A DNA stretch of 64,000 nucleotides. Origin: an uncultured Desulfospira sp. (lineage in GTDB: Bacteria; Desulfobacterota; Desulfobacteria; Desulfobacterales; Desulfobacteraceae). The translations under genes and the position numbers were made by a program. Location: assembly GCA_963663165.1 (NCBI GenBank), contig OY760175.1, forward strand, positions 3,168,001-3,232,000. The letters run 5' to 3'. The stretch's first letter is position 1; each line of letters opens with the position of its first letter. The notes beneath the pieces are model-generated. The model made no database searches. It saw nothing but the letters and a program-made list of their open reading frames with translations, and was not told where the DNA came from. Below, in pieces: positions 40,482 to 52,139 of this stretch.

Positions 40482-41396
40482 ATGCTGATATTAAACACCA
40501 TTTTCCCCTTGTTTTTCCTGCTGGTCCTGGGCAGCCTGTTGAAACGGTTTAACCTGACCAACCCGGTATTTTTAAAGACATCGGACCGGCTGGTCTACTA
40601 TGTGTTCTTCCCTGCCATGCTGTTCTGGAAACTGGGGGCGGGTCCGGCCGGGGGGCAGGTCAATTCAGGGCTTTGCCTGTCCGGCCTCATAGGGGTGGGG
40701 CTGGTTTTTCTGGTGTGCCTCAAAGCCCTTCAGGTCTTTAAGGTGCCGGCCTTTAAAGCCGGATCATTTGTCCAGGCCGGGGTCCGCTTCAACACCTATA
40801 TCGGGATGGCAGTGGTCCTCAACACCCTGGGCGAGGAAGGGGTCCGGCATTTCGGCGTCCTGGTGGGGGGCGTTATCCCCATGCTCAACGTGATGGCCGT
40901 ATCGGTCCTGATCTGGCACTCTGATCAGGATTTAACCCGTGCCCAGAAGCGGCTGTTTTTCATCAAAGCACTGGTGTCCAATCCCCTGATCATTGCCTGC
41001 GTCCTGGGCTTAGGGTACGCCAGAACCGGTCTTGGATTTCCTGTTTTTATGCATAACACCTTTGCCCTGATGACCAGCGTCACCCTGCCCCTGGCCCTGA
41101 TTTCCATTGGCGCAAGCCTTTCCTTTGCCGGCCTTGAACACCATGCCCGGCTGTCCTGCATTGCCGCGCTGCTCAAACTTATGGTTCTGCCCTTGACCGG
41201 CTTTGCCCTGCTGACCCTCTTTCAAGTCACGGGCATTGCCTTTAAAACCGGCATGATCTTTTTTTGTCTGCCCACCTCAACCTCCATCTATGTGCTGTCA
41301 GGCCAGCTGAACTCGGACACTAACCTTGCCTCGTCGGCCATCATGGTCTCCACCCTGTTCTCCTTTGTCTCCCTGTCCGTGGCCCTGGCCCTGTGA
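40482..41396 (+). CDS. AEC (auxin efflux carrier) family transporter
   Basis: LVYYVFFPAMLF, RFNTYIG, NPLIIAC, PLALISIGASL, PTSTSIYVL. Confidence 0.88.
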   Translation: MLILNTIFPLFFLLVLGSLLKRFNLTNPVFLKTSDRLVYYVFFPAMLFWKLGAGPAGGQVNSGLCLSGLIGVGLVFLVCLKALQVFKVPAFKAGSFVQAGVRFNTYIGMAVVLNTLGEEGVRHFGVLVGGVIPMLNVMAVSVLIWHSDQDLTRAQKRLFFIKALVSNPLIIACVLGLGYARTGLGFPVFMHNTFALMTSVTLPLALISIGASLSFAGLEHHARLSCIAALLKLMVLPLTGFALLTLFQVTGIAFKTGMIFFCLPTSTSIYVLSGQLNSDTNLASSAIMVSTLFSFVSLSVALAL

Positions 41397-41489
41397 ACAG
41401 GGCACCATCGGCGTCTGACATGAGCACATGGGATTCAAGTGCCGTCCCCCCAAGGTGGTCTTGTGCCTGACTGAAAATTTATTCAAACA

Positions 41490-42254
41490 CTATCTTGTAA
41501 ACACCCAGTCATTGTCTTGGGAAAGCTCCGGATTGAACCGGTATCCGCCACGGGTGAAGATTTTGAGCGTTTTTGTTTCATTGATGCCGTTTTTGATAAT
41601 AAAATCGGCCATCACCCCCCGGGCCCGCTTGGCGTGGATGCCGATGACCTTGAAGGTGTCTTTCTTTTTTTCCTTGAAATGGATATTGAGCCGTTCAACT
41701 TTTAATTTGCTGTTATCCACGGCCTTGACATATTCGTTGGAGGCCAGGTTGACCAGAACCGGGTCTCCCCCGCTGTCAGCGACATCTTGTACGATGCGGT
41801 CCGTTATCCGGTCTGCCCAGAAGTCGACCAAATTTTCCCCCCAGGGGCCGGCAAACCGGATTCCCATTTCAAGGCGGTATGGCTGGATCAGATCCAAGGG
41901 ACGCAGCAGACCGTAAAGGCCGGACAGAATTCTCAGATGGGCCTGGGCAAAATCAAAATCTTGACTGCTGTAATGTTCCGTATCCATCCCCTGGTAAACA
42001 TCGCCTTTAAACGCAAGCAGTGCCGGGGTGGCGTTCTGTGAGGTAAACGGCATGGAGAAGTCCTGGTATCGCTGATGGTTCAGCCGGGCAAGTTGGGGAC
42101 TGATTTTCATCAGCTGTTCAAGGTCTTCAGGGCCCAGGGTCTTCATATGGCTGACCAGAACCCTGGTCTTTTCGGAAAAGAAAGGGGTTGTGGCTTCCGG
42201 ATGGGCCTTTTTTCCCATATCCAGTGTCTTAGACGGCGCAATAATGCTGATCAT
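41490..42254 (-). CDS. yaaA: Peroxide stress protein YaaA (UPF0246)
   Basis: PSKTLD, AFKGDVYQG, LRILSGLYGLLRPLDLIQPYRLEMG, NLASNEY, AKRARG. Confidence 0.95.
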   Translation of the reverse strand: MISIIAPSKTLDMGKKAHPEATTPFFSEKTRVLVSHMKTLGPEDLEQLMKISPQLARLNHQRYQDFSMPFTSQNATPALLAFKGDVYQGMDTEHYSSQDFDFAQAHLRILSGLYGLLRPLDLIQPYRLEMGIRFAGPWGENLVDFWADRITDRIVQDVADSGGDPVLVNLASNEYVKAVDNSKLKVERLNIHFKEKKKDTFKVIGIHAKRARGVMADFIIKNGINETKTLKIFTRGGYRFNPELSQDNDWVFTR

Positions 42255-42307
42255 ATAATATTCCTCCTGATCTTAGCGGCATTGTCCGCCATTGTACCAG
42301 ACGGCTT

Positions 42308-43006
42308 CTATTTCCGATACATTGATTTGGGCCAATCCATAGAAGAACCGACCTTTATAATGAGAAGCCACTCTCTCAAATCGCAGCTTTGATTTAAATG
42401 GAGACGGGAAACCGGAACGAATAAACCCGGGGGAACCGCGATTTCGTCGGCAAACGCCTGGGTAACCGGGGAGCCGCCCACCATGATTTTAACCCCTTCC
42501 ACGCCACTGGATTTTATTTGCTGAACCGTGTTTTTCAAGGCCGGCATGGTTGTGGACAAAAGACCGGAACAGGCCACAAGGGTGACATTTTCATTGGACT
42601 TTACGGCCTCAATGAACTTTTCAGGCGAAATGTCCACCCCCAGGTCCACCATGTTGAATCCCACACTCTCCACCATCATGGCCACAAGGTTCTTGCCGAT
42701 ATCGTGCAGGTCCCCCTGGACCGTTCCGATAACGCATGTCCCAAGGGATGGCCCGGCATCATCCCCGGACATATGGGGTTTGAGCACATCAACCCCCTTG
42801 GCCATGGCCTTGGCGGCAATCAGCATTTCGGGCACAAAAATGGTTCCTGCGGAAAATTTATCGCCCACCACCCCCATGGCGTCCACCATGGCCTGAAGGA
42901 TGGCCGAGGCCGGATGGCCTTCATCAATGGCCTCCTGGACCAACCCGGCGATCAGCTTGGTTTTACCTTTTTCAACAAGTGCTTTTGCTTCTTCAATCTT
43001 TGACAT
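42308..43006 (-). pseudogene. Corrinoid protein of a methyltransferase system (MtbC/MttC-like), C-terminus replaced
   Basis: FVPEML, GTVQGDLHDIGKNLV (DxHxxG), SGLL, IMVGGSPVTQAFADEI; the expected GAD.Y..DA tail is absent and the frame reads into a repeat after ~42438. Confidence 0.75.
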
Positions 43007-43161
43007 GCGTTATATCCTTATTTCTCCAGCGCTTTAACGCCCATGATCTTTATCCGGATCGGGCCTTTCACGAATAATGACGTTACAAGGCCCGGTTTCT
43101 TTTAAATATTTAACGGCACACTGATTCCGGTTCCAAGGTGCCGGCAGACATGAATTTGAAT

Positions 43162-45088
43162 TTATGAAGCCCCAAGCAGCTGCGGCAAAAAGAGCGTAAT
43201 CTCCGGAATTAAAATCAGCAAAATGACTTGTATAATATCCGCAATCAGAAATGGAAGGATGCCCTTAAATATGGTGTGCATAGGGACATCATTTTTCACC
43301 ACCCCTTTGATGATGAATACGTTTATTCCGATTGGCGGTGTGATCATGCCGATTTCCACAATCCTTACCATAATGATTCCAAACCAGATCGGATTAAACC
43401 CCAGGGCCTGAACCAGCGGAAAAAATATCGGAACGGTCAGCAATACGATGGACAGAGAATCCATGACACACCCGAGTATCATATAGGCAACCAGGATGAG
43501 AATCAGGATTACATAGCGGTTTAACGGCAAGGCGGCAACAAACTCTGAAAGCTCGTACGGGATTTGGGATATGGTTAAAAAATAGCCCAGGAACATGGCG
43601 CCTAAAAAAACCGTCAAACACATTGAAGCGGTTTTGACCGAATCAAATAAACTGTCATAAAATTTCCGGATGGACAGTTTACCGCGGATAGCAATGAATA
43701 CCAAAACCCCGAATGCACCGATTCCACCGGCTTCCGTTGGTGTGAACGCCCCGGCATAAAGGCCGCCGATAACCAGAAAGAAAAGAACCAGAACCCCCCA
43801 GGTTTCCTTAACGGATACCATCCTGTCTTTAAAATTGGAGCGTTTGCCCGGAGGCCCTAATTCCGGCCTCATTTTGCACATGATCAAGATGGTAATAATA
43901 TAAAACAAGGCTTCCATGACACCCGGAATAAATCCGGCAATAAACAGTTCCGTGATGGGCTGGTTTGTCAATACACCGTATAAAATCAGAACAACACTTG
44001 GGGGGATTAAGATGCCAAGGCTTCCGCCCGCGGCAATACAGCCGGTTGAGAGCGCCGGGTCATACTTGTACCGTTTCATTTCAGGCAGCGCAACCATGCC
44101 CATGGTCGCAGCGGTTGCAAGGCTTGACCCGCTGATGGCGGCAAAACAGCCGCAAGCCCCGACAGTGGCAATGGCAAGTCCCCCGGGCAGATGGCCAAGA
44201 AACCGGTACACCAGCACGTATAAGTCTTTGCTCAAACCGGCCTTGAATGCAAATGCCCCCATCAGAATAAAGAGCGGCACCACCGTCATGGAATAGTTTG
44301 TCGTTGAATTAAACGGTACGGGTTGAAGAAGGGAAAAACCGGCTGCAGAACCCGCCAGATACATCATGCCGGCCGCACCGACCAATATCATGCAAAAACC
44401 AATGGGGACCCCCATGAATAAAAAGCATACCATGATAAGCATGCCCACAATCCCGCTGATAACCGGGGATGAAGATCCGCCGCCGGCCAGATGAAATGCG
44501 AGCAAGGCAATGACCACGGACAGAAAAACCCCACACGATATTAAAATATGACGCGATTCCCAGGAAGCCGTAACACATCGGTGGGCCGATTTTAAAGTGT
44601 CGCGTAAAAAGGTTATGGACAATACGCCGCATCCCGGGGCGAGTATCAGTATAAACGGCCATAACGGCAATTCCAGCAAAGAGGTTGTAAGCCCCCGGCC
44701 ATAAACTGTTGCGGTATGGTTAAATGCTTTCCAGGTGATTATGCCTGAGACCATAAGGCAAAGTCCGCCAGAGACTGCCTCGAAAAGAAGCCTTATATTT
44801 TCGGGTAAATACATCAGCAACAGCTCCACCCTGACATGTTCTTTTTCCAGGGCCGTATAGGCAATCCCCAGAAACGTAATCAGCATCAGGCCAAGTTCAG
44901 AGAGCTCTTGGGTTCCCTTTAATCGGTGAGTTGAAAAGGTAACGGCCGGCAACATCGGCCGCAGTCAGAAACATCAATAAGGCGAGAACACAAATACCCG
45001 CAATATAGAACCATTTTGCAATTTCATCGATATTGAATACTTTTTTAAAACTTGTACGAAAATTTTTAAAATCCAGTGGCATGTCCAT
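43162..45088 (-). pseudogene. Fused TRAP transporter DctQ-DctM, frameshifted near 44915-44920
   Basis: ADVAGRYLFNSPIKG | TQELSE; VPLFILMG, FAAISGSSLATAA, GSLGILIPPS, FTPTEAG, GMITPPIG. Confidence 0.85.
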
Positions 45089-45127
45089 GCTGTCGCGCGT
45101 CCTAAAGTATATCCATCAAAATATTGG

Positions 45128-45277
45128 GTGTTTGAACGGCGCCATAGAGGGGCCTTCAGCTCACAAAGCCGCCCATCTGCCGGTTTGCAGGAAAAGCGGC
45201 CATCCCCACAGCCTCAAGGCTGCTTTGGCGGCCGGGTTTCCTGCACCTTGCATCCGGGCAACGTTTCGTCCAAACAC
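45128..45277 (-). repeat. GTGTTTGRAC-ended REP/MITE-like repeat
   Basis: Reverse complement CCGGATGCAAGG-[hairpin]-GCAGATGGGCGGCTTT matches 52140-52266. Confidence 0.75.
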
Positions 45278-45384
45278 GGGGGTTTCGTTCAGACACAGAT
45301 TGAAATCAATTATTCCGAATATTCGGCAATCATTTTCAAAAGGTCATCATAAACTACTTTGGCGGGCAGCCCTTTTTTTTCTAA

Positions 45385-46099
45385 TGAGTTTAAATAGGTT
45401 AAAGGCGGAAACCTATGTTTTTGTTTGCGGCGATTTTCCCATTCTGTCTGAGAAATTGCCGAACGGAACCATAGGGGGGATTGGCATTGAAATTGTCCAT
45501 ATTATCTGCGATCGCCTTGGCCATACCCCGTCCATTGGTTTTTATCCCTGGGCAAGGGCTCAGGAAATGGTCAAAAAGGGAAAGGCGGATGTTCTCATTG
45601 CGCCGTACATGACCCCGGAACGGAAAAAATGGCTGGATTTTTCAATCATTCCCTTTTATGAAGATGAGTCTGTTTTTTTGTGCGCCCCGACAGTGATATC
45701 ACATGGAACGGGGATCTGCTCTCCATTAAATTATACCGGATCGGCATGGTTCCAAAATGGAGTGTGGGAATTGATTTTGAGAAGGCAGCGCCTCATTTAT
45801 TGATTGACTACGCCCCTGGTCTTGACCTTTGTTTTCAAAAATTGATGATCGGCCGTGTGGATCTGGTTCCCACCTCGATCCGGGAGGCAAACGCTGTTTT
45901 TAAGCAGCTGGGCCTCAGTGCCCGGGAGCGGCCGGTTGCCATTGAACCGGTTCTGGCAACGCACTATAATTATTTTGGCTTTTCAAAATTGAATCGCAAT
46001 AAGCTCAAGGCATTTAAAACAGAATTTGAGACCATCTTACAACAGATGTACCGGGCCGGTGAAATCGAAAAGATACGGAAGGATATCCGTCTTCGTTAA
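45385..46099 (+). pseudogene. Family 3 periplasmic substrate-binding protein, frameshifted in a T7 run
   Basis: GIGIEIV, YPWARAQEMVKKGKAD, TPER; one extra T at 45673-45679 joins it to VRPDSDITWNGDL...KLMIGRVDL. Start uncertain. Confidence 0.75.
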
Positions 46100-46130
46100 G
46101 AGATGCCTGTAAGGTGTAAAAGGATCATAC

Positions 46131-48368
46131 ATGCGCAAAAAAACAGACCAGGCAGCCCTTTTAAACCATATCGTAAAAAAACGCTCTATCTCAAACGCAC
46201 TGACGCGGCTGTTGATTTTAACGGTTATGGTGGTCTCGTTTACAACCGCCGGGATCATGTACTATTTTCTGTCCCAAAGAGAATATTCCCAGCTGGAGGA
46301 AAAGGCCCAAAGTTTTATCACCTCCATTGACGGCGTATTGGGAATTCCCCTGTGGAATCTTGACCGCAAGGCCATCATAAAAATCGGCCGGGCCTACGCC
46401 CATGATGAACTGTTCGAACAGCTTAAAATTGTGGACAACATGGGGACGGTCTGCTACGACTTTGAAAGGGACCGGAAAGCGCCGGTTATCCGAAAAAAGG
46501 CAGACATCTATCATAAAGGGCAGATTGTCGGGCATGTGCCATGGCCTATACCACTGAAAAGCTGGCCCATCGGAACCCGAATATCCTGATCTTCGGCCTG
46601 GCCATTCTCGGGTTGGTCATTTTTTCGCTGGCCTTTGTCACCGGCCTGTTTTTTAAACGCATTCTCAAAAAACTGTTCCTCCGGTTGAATGTGATCTCTG
46701 ACGCATATGCCACAGGGACTGAACTTGCGGTGGGGGAAGAACTGCCGTACCTGGAATTCCAGCCGTTGATCCGGATTCTAAAGGATATGCGTGACAAATT
46801 AAATGCCCAGTTCCGTGATACCCAGGCCGCAGAGAAAAAATACCGGAGCATTTTCGAAAATGCGGTGGAAGGGATCTACCGTTCCACACCGGACGGCAGT
46901 ACAATTGAAGTCAACCCGGCCCTGGCCCGGATTCTCGGCTATGATTCACCCCGGGACCTGATGCAGTCCGTCTCCAATATCGGCGAGCAATTTTATGTTG
47001 ATCCGGAAATCAGAAATGAATATATCCGGCTTACGCAAAAAAGCGGCATTGTTTCCAACTTTGAAGTCCAGCTCCGGGCAAAGGACGGCAGCACCGGCTG
47101 GCTGATCCTCAACTCCCGGCCGATTTTTAATAAAAAAGGAGAACTGGTACTCATCGAAGGCATGGCCAAAGACATCACACAGCAGAAAATGGCCGAGGAT
47201 GAAAGAAAGGACCTGGAAAAGCAGCTTTACCATTCCCAGAAACTTGAATCCGTGGGAAGGCTTGCCGGCGGCGTGGCCCATGATTTTAACAACATGTTAA
47301 GCATCATCCTTGGTTTTACGGAAATCAGCCTGGACGACCTGCCCCAGGACCTTCCGGTGTATGATAACCTCCTTGAGATCAAGTCGGCCGCCCAACGATC
47401 CGCCGATCTTACCCGGCAACTCCTCGCCTTTGCCAGTAAGCAGACCGCTTCACCCAAAATTTTGAATTTAAACGAAATCGTATCCGGTATGCTCAAGATG
47501 CTCAAACGCCTGCTCGGAGAAGACATCAGCCTTGATTTTTTCCCGGGGACTCACCTTGGAACGGTGAACATGGACCCGTCTCAGATAGACCAGATACTGG
47601 CAAACCTGTGCATCAACGCCCGGGACGCCATCACCGGTACCGGCCGGGCCCGGTGCCATATCCATTAAAACCGAATCCATCTTTCTTGACGAGGCATACT
47701 GCCGGCATCATCCCAAAATTGCCCCGGGTCCTTACGTCATGCTGTCCGTCACCGACAATGGGTGCGGTATGGATGAATCCGTCAAAAAAGATATATTTGA
47801 GCCTTTTTTTACAACCAAGGAAAGAAAAAAAGGAACCGGCCTTGGGCTTTCAACGGTTTACGGTATCGTCAGGCAATACAAAGGAAACATTGAAGTTGAC
47901 AGTGAACCGGGCCATGGAACAACCTTCAGGCTCTATTTTCCCGTCTACCAGGGATCAGCGCCGGAAAAATCCGACCATACCGCAGAGAACTTAACCGTCC
48001 AGGCCAAAGAAACGATCCTTCTCGTGGAAGATGAACATCCGTTGCTGGCCATGGCCCAGCAAATGCTTAAGCGTTTGGGCTACCATGTGTTAACGGCGGA
48101 TTCTCCCAAAAAAGCCATTGATATTTCAAGGAATCATCCGGAAAAGATCCATCTTTTGATGACGGATGTGATCATGCCGGGAATGACCGGCCGGGATCTG
48201 GCCGACCGGTTGTCCGGGGAGCGGCCGGGCATCCGCTGCCTCTATGTTTCCGGCTATACCAGCGACGTTATCGCCCCCCAGGGGGTTTTGGAAAATGATG
48301 TCCACTTTATGCAAAAGCCCTTTACCATAAAGGTGCTGGCAACAAAGCTTCGCGAAGTTCTGTCATAA
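46131..48368 (+). pseudogene. Hybrid PAS sensor histidine kinase/receiver, broken into three frames
   Basis: LGIPLWNLD; KYRSIFENAVEGI; GRLAGGVAHDFNN; NLCINARDA; DNGCGM..FEPFFTTK..GTGLGL; ILLVED..LLMTDVIMP. Breaks at ~46538 and 47644-47653. Confidence 0.9.
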
Positions 48369-48461
48369 CAGAATGTGGCAAATTTCGAATTTTGCCCAGT
48401 CGGTACTGATTTAAAAAGCTTACGGCCGCTGAAAGCAGTATCTTGCCGATACGTTACCCGT

Positions 48462-49208
48462 TTAAATCCCGATGGGATCTCCGGCCGCGAACCGGGGCTC
48501 ATGCAGGGGGATCAGGATGTCGGCCTCATCCTTGATCTCTTTCATGATGTCATAGGCCGAATAGACATCCACATGGGTGCCCGGCGGAATCAGCTCCATT
48601 TCCATGCCCCTGATTTCCGCCGGGGGGTTGTAGTTTTCTTCAATAATGCAGAATCCCGTGATGGCGGCCCGGCCTTTGGGGGTGTCAATGAACACGGTCA
48701 ACCCGCCTCTGGTATGGACCGGGGTATGTTTGACATGGATGCCCTCAACAATGGGGCCGTCCATGCTGACCACCCGGATCTGGCCGTTTTCTTCAACATC
48801 TTCGATGTAATCTTCTAAGTACCGGTAATCCAGAGGATGGGGGTTGTGAATGGATTCAAGCTCCTGCTCATGAATGTAAAACAGGGCGTTTTCACATTTA
48901 TAATCGTTTTCACAATGGTCATTGTGCAGATGGGTATGAATGACGATGTCAATATCTTCCGGGGCGAGCCCGTGTTGTTCAAGGCCCTGCTCAAAGGTGT
49001 AGATTTTTCCCCCGATGGCCTTTTCCCGCTCCGGGGACTGGATGGGGTTCATTTCTCCTGTATCCACTAAAATGTTCTTTTCCCCGCCTTTGATCACCCA
49101 GGTGAAAATAGGGATGGTATAGGTCTGCCCCTGGCCGTACTGGTAGGTCATCATACTCTTGTCAAATACTTTGGTTCCCATGGCAACGGGATGGATGGTG
49201 TAGTTCAT
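48462..49208 (-). CDS. N-acyl-homoserine lactonase-like MBL-fold hydrolase
   Basis: ILVDTG, HTHLHNDH, TPVHTRG, IPLHEP. Confidence 0.85.
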   Translation of the reverse strand: MNYTIHPVAMGTKVFDKSMMTYQYGQGQTYTIPIFTWVIKGGEKNILVDTGEMNPIQSPEREKAIGGKIYTFEQGLEQHGLAPEDIDIVIHTHLHNDHCENDYKCENALFYIHEQELESIHNPHPLDYRYLEDYIEDVEENGQIRVVSMDGPIVEGIHVKHTPVHTRGGLTVFIDTPKGRAAITGFCIIEENYNPPAEIRGMEMELIPPGTHVDVYSAYDIMKEIKDEADILIPLHEPRFAAGDPIGI

Positions 49209-49220
49209 GATTTTCCTTGA

Positions 49221-49766
49221 TTATATGTCAGTTGTGCACATGGACGTCAGTTTGGCCTTAAGGTCTTCCGGCACAGTGGTGAACCCCTCTAAAACAGACC
49301 AGAGGATTTCCCGGACAATGGCGGTTTTGGGCCGGCCGGAAAGCATCTGCACATCCAGGGTTTTAAGGTCGATAACGATATTTTCAAAATTGGAATATGG
49401 CAGGTCCGCCTTTGGCAGCGCCTCCCGGATCTCCTGGACAACACTTTCCAGAACAGTCTTATCAGAATCGTTTAGCACCGGGCCCGGGCCAAGGGCGGCC
49501 GGGGGCTGATCCGGCTGATATCCGGGGGCCGGTTTCACGTCAAGAACCCTTAAGCCCTGATCCGTAATGCCGATGCCGCCGGCAAGGGTTTTAAGCTCGG
49601 CATATTCCTGAAGGAAAAGGGACTGGGCGGTCATGTCAATCTGGTCCTTTTCCATGCCAAGGGCTTGACCAACCTCATACATGGACACCTGGACAGTGGG
49701 ATCTGATTCCGCCTGAGTGCAGAGTTCAGTCAAAAAAACTTTTTCTTCCGGTGATTGGAATGCCAT
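49221..49766 (-). CDS. Hypothetical protein
   Basis: Long ORF with host-like codon usage; AAAAGG before ATG at 49766. Confidence 0.7.
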   Translation of the reverse strand: MAFQSPEEKVFLTELCTQAESDPTVQVSMYEVGQALGMEKDQIDMTAQSLFLQEYAELKTLAGGIGITDQGLRVLDVKPAPGYQPDQPPAALGPGPVLNDSDKTVLESVVQEIREALPKADLPYSNFENIVIDLKTLDVQMLSGRPKTAIVREILWSVLEGFTTVPEDLKAKLTSMCTTDI

Positions 49767-49798
49767 AGGATATATCCTTTTTTTTAAGCTTTTTAAAT

Positions 49799-50140
49799 TC
49801 AATTCCCGCAATAAAGATCCATATAATTAAAAAAGCTGTCTTCATACCCTCTTTTGAACCCATTGACGTATGATGGCGACTTGTCCGGCCCCATGACCTG
49901 AAGATGCCGGTCCCGGTTTCTCATCATTTCAAGTTGGTAGCCGGCATGGCCTGCGCCAAGGCTCCGAACGCTGATACAGATAGTGTTCATGGCATCCTGT
50001 TTGGCCAGTTCGTCGGCATAATCGCTGCCGGATCGGTATTCTTCAGGATCCATCCCGGCACTTGAGTAGATGCACCCTGGGGCTGTTATCATAAACCACA
50101 GGGCAAAAAAAACCGATAAGGTCTTTAAAGACATTTTCAT
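49799..50140 (-). CDS. Hypothetical lipoprotein
   Basis: AAAGGAG RBS; signal peptide ending in TAPG-C. Confidence 0.65.
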   Translation of the reverse strand: MKMSLKTLSVFFALWFMITAPGCIYSSAGMDPEEYRSGSDYADELAKQDAMNTICISVRSLGAGHAGYQLEMMRNRDRHLQVMGPDKSPSYVNGFKRGYEDSFFNYMDLYCGN

Positions 50141-50232
50141 TTCCGGATCTCCTTTACTGTTTGGGCTGCCGTTATTGGGGCATGCTTTTTAGGATAACCA
50201 TTTTTCTTTAAATGACAAACTCCGGTTAAAAT

Positions 50233-50268
50233 AAAAAAGGGGGCCGAAAATCAACATCGGCCCCCTTT
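50233..50268 (-). terminator. Intrinsic terminator after the ABC operon
   Basis: GGGGGCCGA/TCGGCCCCC stem with an A6 run on the left (U-tail on the minus strand). Confidence 0.65.
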
Positions 50269-50335
50269 GGGGAAACACGCCGTCCCCAACAAAATTTGTA
50301 ACTATTCAAGCTAATGCTGAACAGTTACCCCAATT

Positions 50336-51067
50336 TTACAGAATCTGCTTGAGAAAAAGCTTGGTCCGGGCATGGCTCGGGGCGGTAAAGAAATGCTCCG
50401 GGGTCCCTTCCTCAATAATCTGGCCCTGGTCCATGAAAATCACCCGGTCGGCCACCTCCCGGGCAAATCCCATTTCATGGGTCACGCAGACCATGGTCAT
50501 TCCCTCTTTGGCCAGGGTTTTCATCACATCGAGAACCTCGCCGATCATCTCGGGGTCCAGGGCCGATGTGGGCTCGTCAAAGAGCATGATCTTGGGATCC
50601 ATGGCCAGGGCCCTGGCAATGGCCACCCGCTGCTGCTGTCCCCCGGACAGATTGGCGGGCCAGGCATGGGCCTTGTTGGCAATGCCGACTTTTTCCAGCA
50701 GGGTCATGGCTTTTTCCTCACGCTCCTTTTTCCCCCTTTTTCTGACCAGTTTCTGGGCCAGGGTGACATTGCCCAGGATGGTCTGATGGGGAAACAGGTT
50801 AAAGGACTGAAATACCATGCCCATTTCCCTGCGCAGTTTGTTGATATTGGTTTTGGGGTCAAACAGGTCCACTCCGTCCACCAGGATCTGTCCGCGGTCC
50901 GCGGTTTCCAGGCGGTTGAGGCAGCGCAGAAAGGTTGATTTTCCGGAGCCGGACGGCCCGATCACCACAACGACTTCCCCTGCGTCAATAAAGTTGGAGA
51001 CATTATCCAGGGCCTTGACCTCATGGGGAACAAAAAAAGTTTTATAAAGATTTTTGATTTCAATCAT
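50336..51067 (-). CDS. Polar amino-acid ABC transporter ATPase (GlnQ-like)
   Basis: [44 protein letters not shown]. Confidence 0.96.
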   Translation of the reverse strand: MIEIKNLYKTFFVPHEVKALDNVSNFIDAGEVVVVIGPSGSGKSTFLRCLNRLETADRGQILVDGVDLFDPKTNINKLRREMGMVFQSFNLFPHQTILGNVTLAQKLVRKRGKKEREEKAMTLLEKVGIANKAHAWPANLSGGQQQRVAIARALAMDPKIMLFDEPTSALDPEMIGEVLDVMKTLAKEGMTMVCVTHEMGFAREVADRVIFMDQGQIIEEGTPEHFFTAPSHARTKLFLKQIL

Positions 51068-52080
51068 TTTGAGGCGGTCCTCCTTTCCAGGTACTGTACA
51101 AACATGGACAGGGTAAATGTCATGCTCAAATAAAGCACCGCACACAAAAACCAGAGTTCAAAGGTTTGAAGACTGGTGGTGATCCCTTCACGGGTGGCTT
51201 TGGTCAGTTCGGTTACCGATATCATGCCCAGAAGGGATGAGTCCTTGATCAGATTGATAAACTGGCCGGCAAGGGGGGGCAGGATGGTTTTCAAGGCCTG
51301 GGGCAGGATAATGTGAAACATGGTCTGAAAATAGGTCATCCCCTGGGAGCGCGCGGCCTCAATCTGCCCGGGATGGATGGCTTCAATGCCGGCCCGAACG
51401 ATCTCGATCACATAGGCCCCGGTAAATACGGACAAGGCCATGATGCCATACCATTCCGGCGGAATGATGGGCAGCCCGTGCATGCCTAGAATTCCGTTGA
51501 TGGTGGTGCCCAGAACAAAGTAAAAAATCATGATCTGAACCAGCAGGGGCGATCCCCTGATAATTTCCACATAGGTAATGGCAGACCACTTGAGGACCGG
51601 GGTGTCCGATACCCGGGCCACCCCGCCGATGATGCCGAGCAGCACCCCGAAGATGGTGGACATAAAAGAGATCTTGAGGGTAATCCACAGCCCCTTGAGC
51701 AGAATGCCCGGCTTCCAGCCCCCCTTGTATTCGGCAATAATATCGCCAGGAGAGACCATGTCCCCTTCAACCCAGTCAAAAGAGCCCTTGGGAACGGTGT
51801 AAGTGGTGGTATCCCCGTCCACTTCCACAGCAAGGGCGACTTGATCCCCCTTTTCGGTGATGGATGCAATTTCACCGTCTCCTTCGGCGTAAATGGTGAC
51901 CATGGGATGGTATATGAAATACCGGGGCACCATGAACCAGCGCCATTTGTATTCCACGGCCGCCGTTGCGCCGTATATGGCACCGATGACAAGCCCCATC
52001 ACAATCAAAAACCCGACAATGGAGACCGTGTACGCTGCGGGATTGCTCAGTCGTTTAATATTGGATACATTCTTTTCCAT
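51064..52080 (-). CDS. Polar amino-acid ABC transporter permease
   Basis: [32 protein letters not shown]. Confidence 0.95.
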   Translation of the reverse strand: MEKNVSNIKRLSNPAAYTVSIVGFLIVMGLVIGAIYGATAAVEYKWRWFMVPRYFIYHPMVTIYAEGDGEIASITEKGDQVALAVEVDGDTTTYTVPKGSFDWVEGDMVSPGDIIAEYKGGWKPGILLKGLWITLKISFMSTIFGVLLGIIGGVARVSDTPVLKWSAITYVEIIRGSPLLVQIMIFYFVLGTTINGILGMHGLPIIPPEWYGIMALSVFTGAYVIEIVRAGIEAIHPGQIEAARSQGMTYFQTMFHIILPQALKTILPPLAGQFINLIKDSSLLGMISVTELTKATREGITTSLQTFELWFLCAVLYLSMTFTLSMFVQYLERRTASK

Positions 52081-52139
52081 ACAAAAATAACCTTTAAAAA
52101 AAGCCGGCAGTCTTCTGACTGCCAGCTTTATTCTCTATC

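Noticed and set aside
22254..45679. Programmed frameshifting or phase variation at the C5, A7 and T7 runs
   Set aside because: The runs are short and lie in regions with other clear lesions; decay or sequencing error is simpler
50298..50328. GTAACTATTCA/TGAACAGTTAC inverted repeat as a mobile-element end
   Set aside because: Only one complete copy in the window; cannot be told apart from a terminator-associated hairpin
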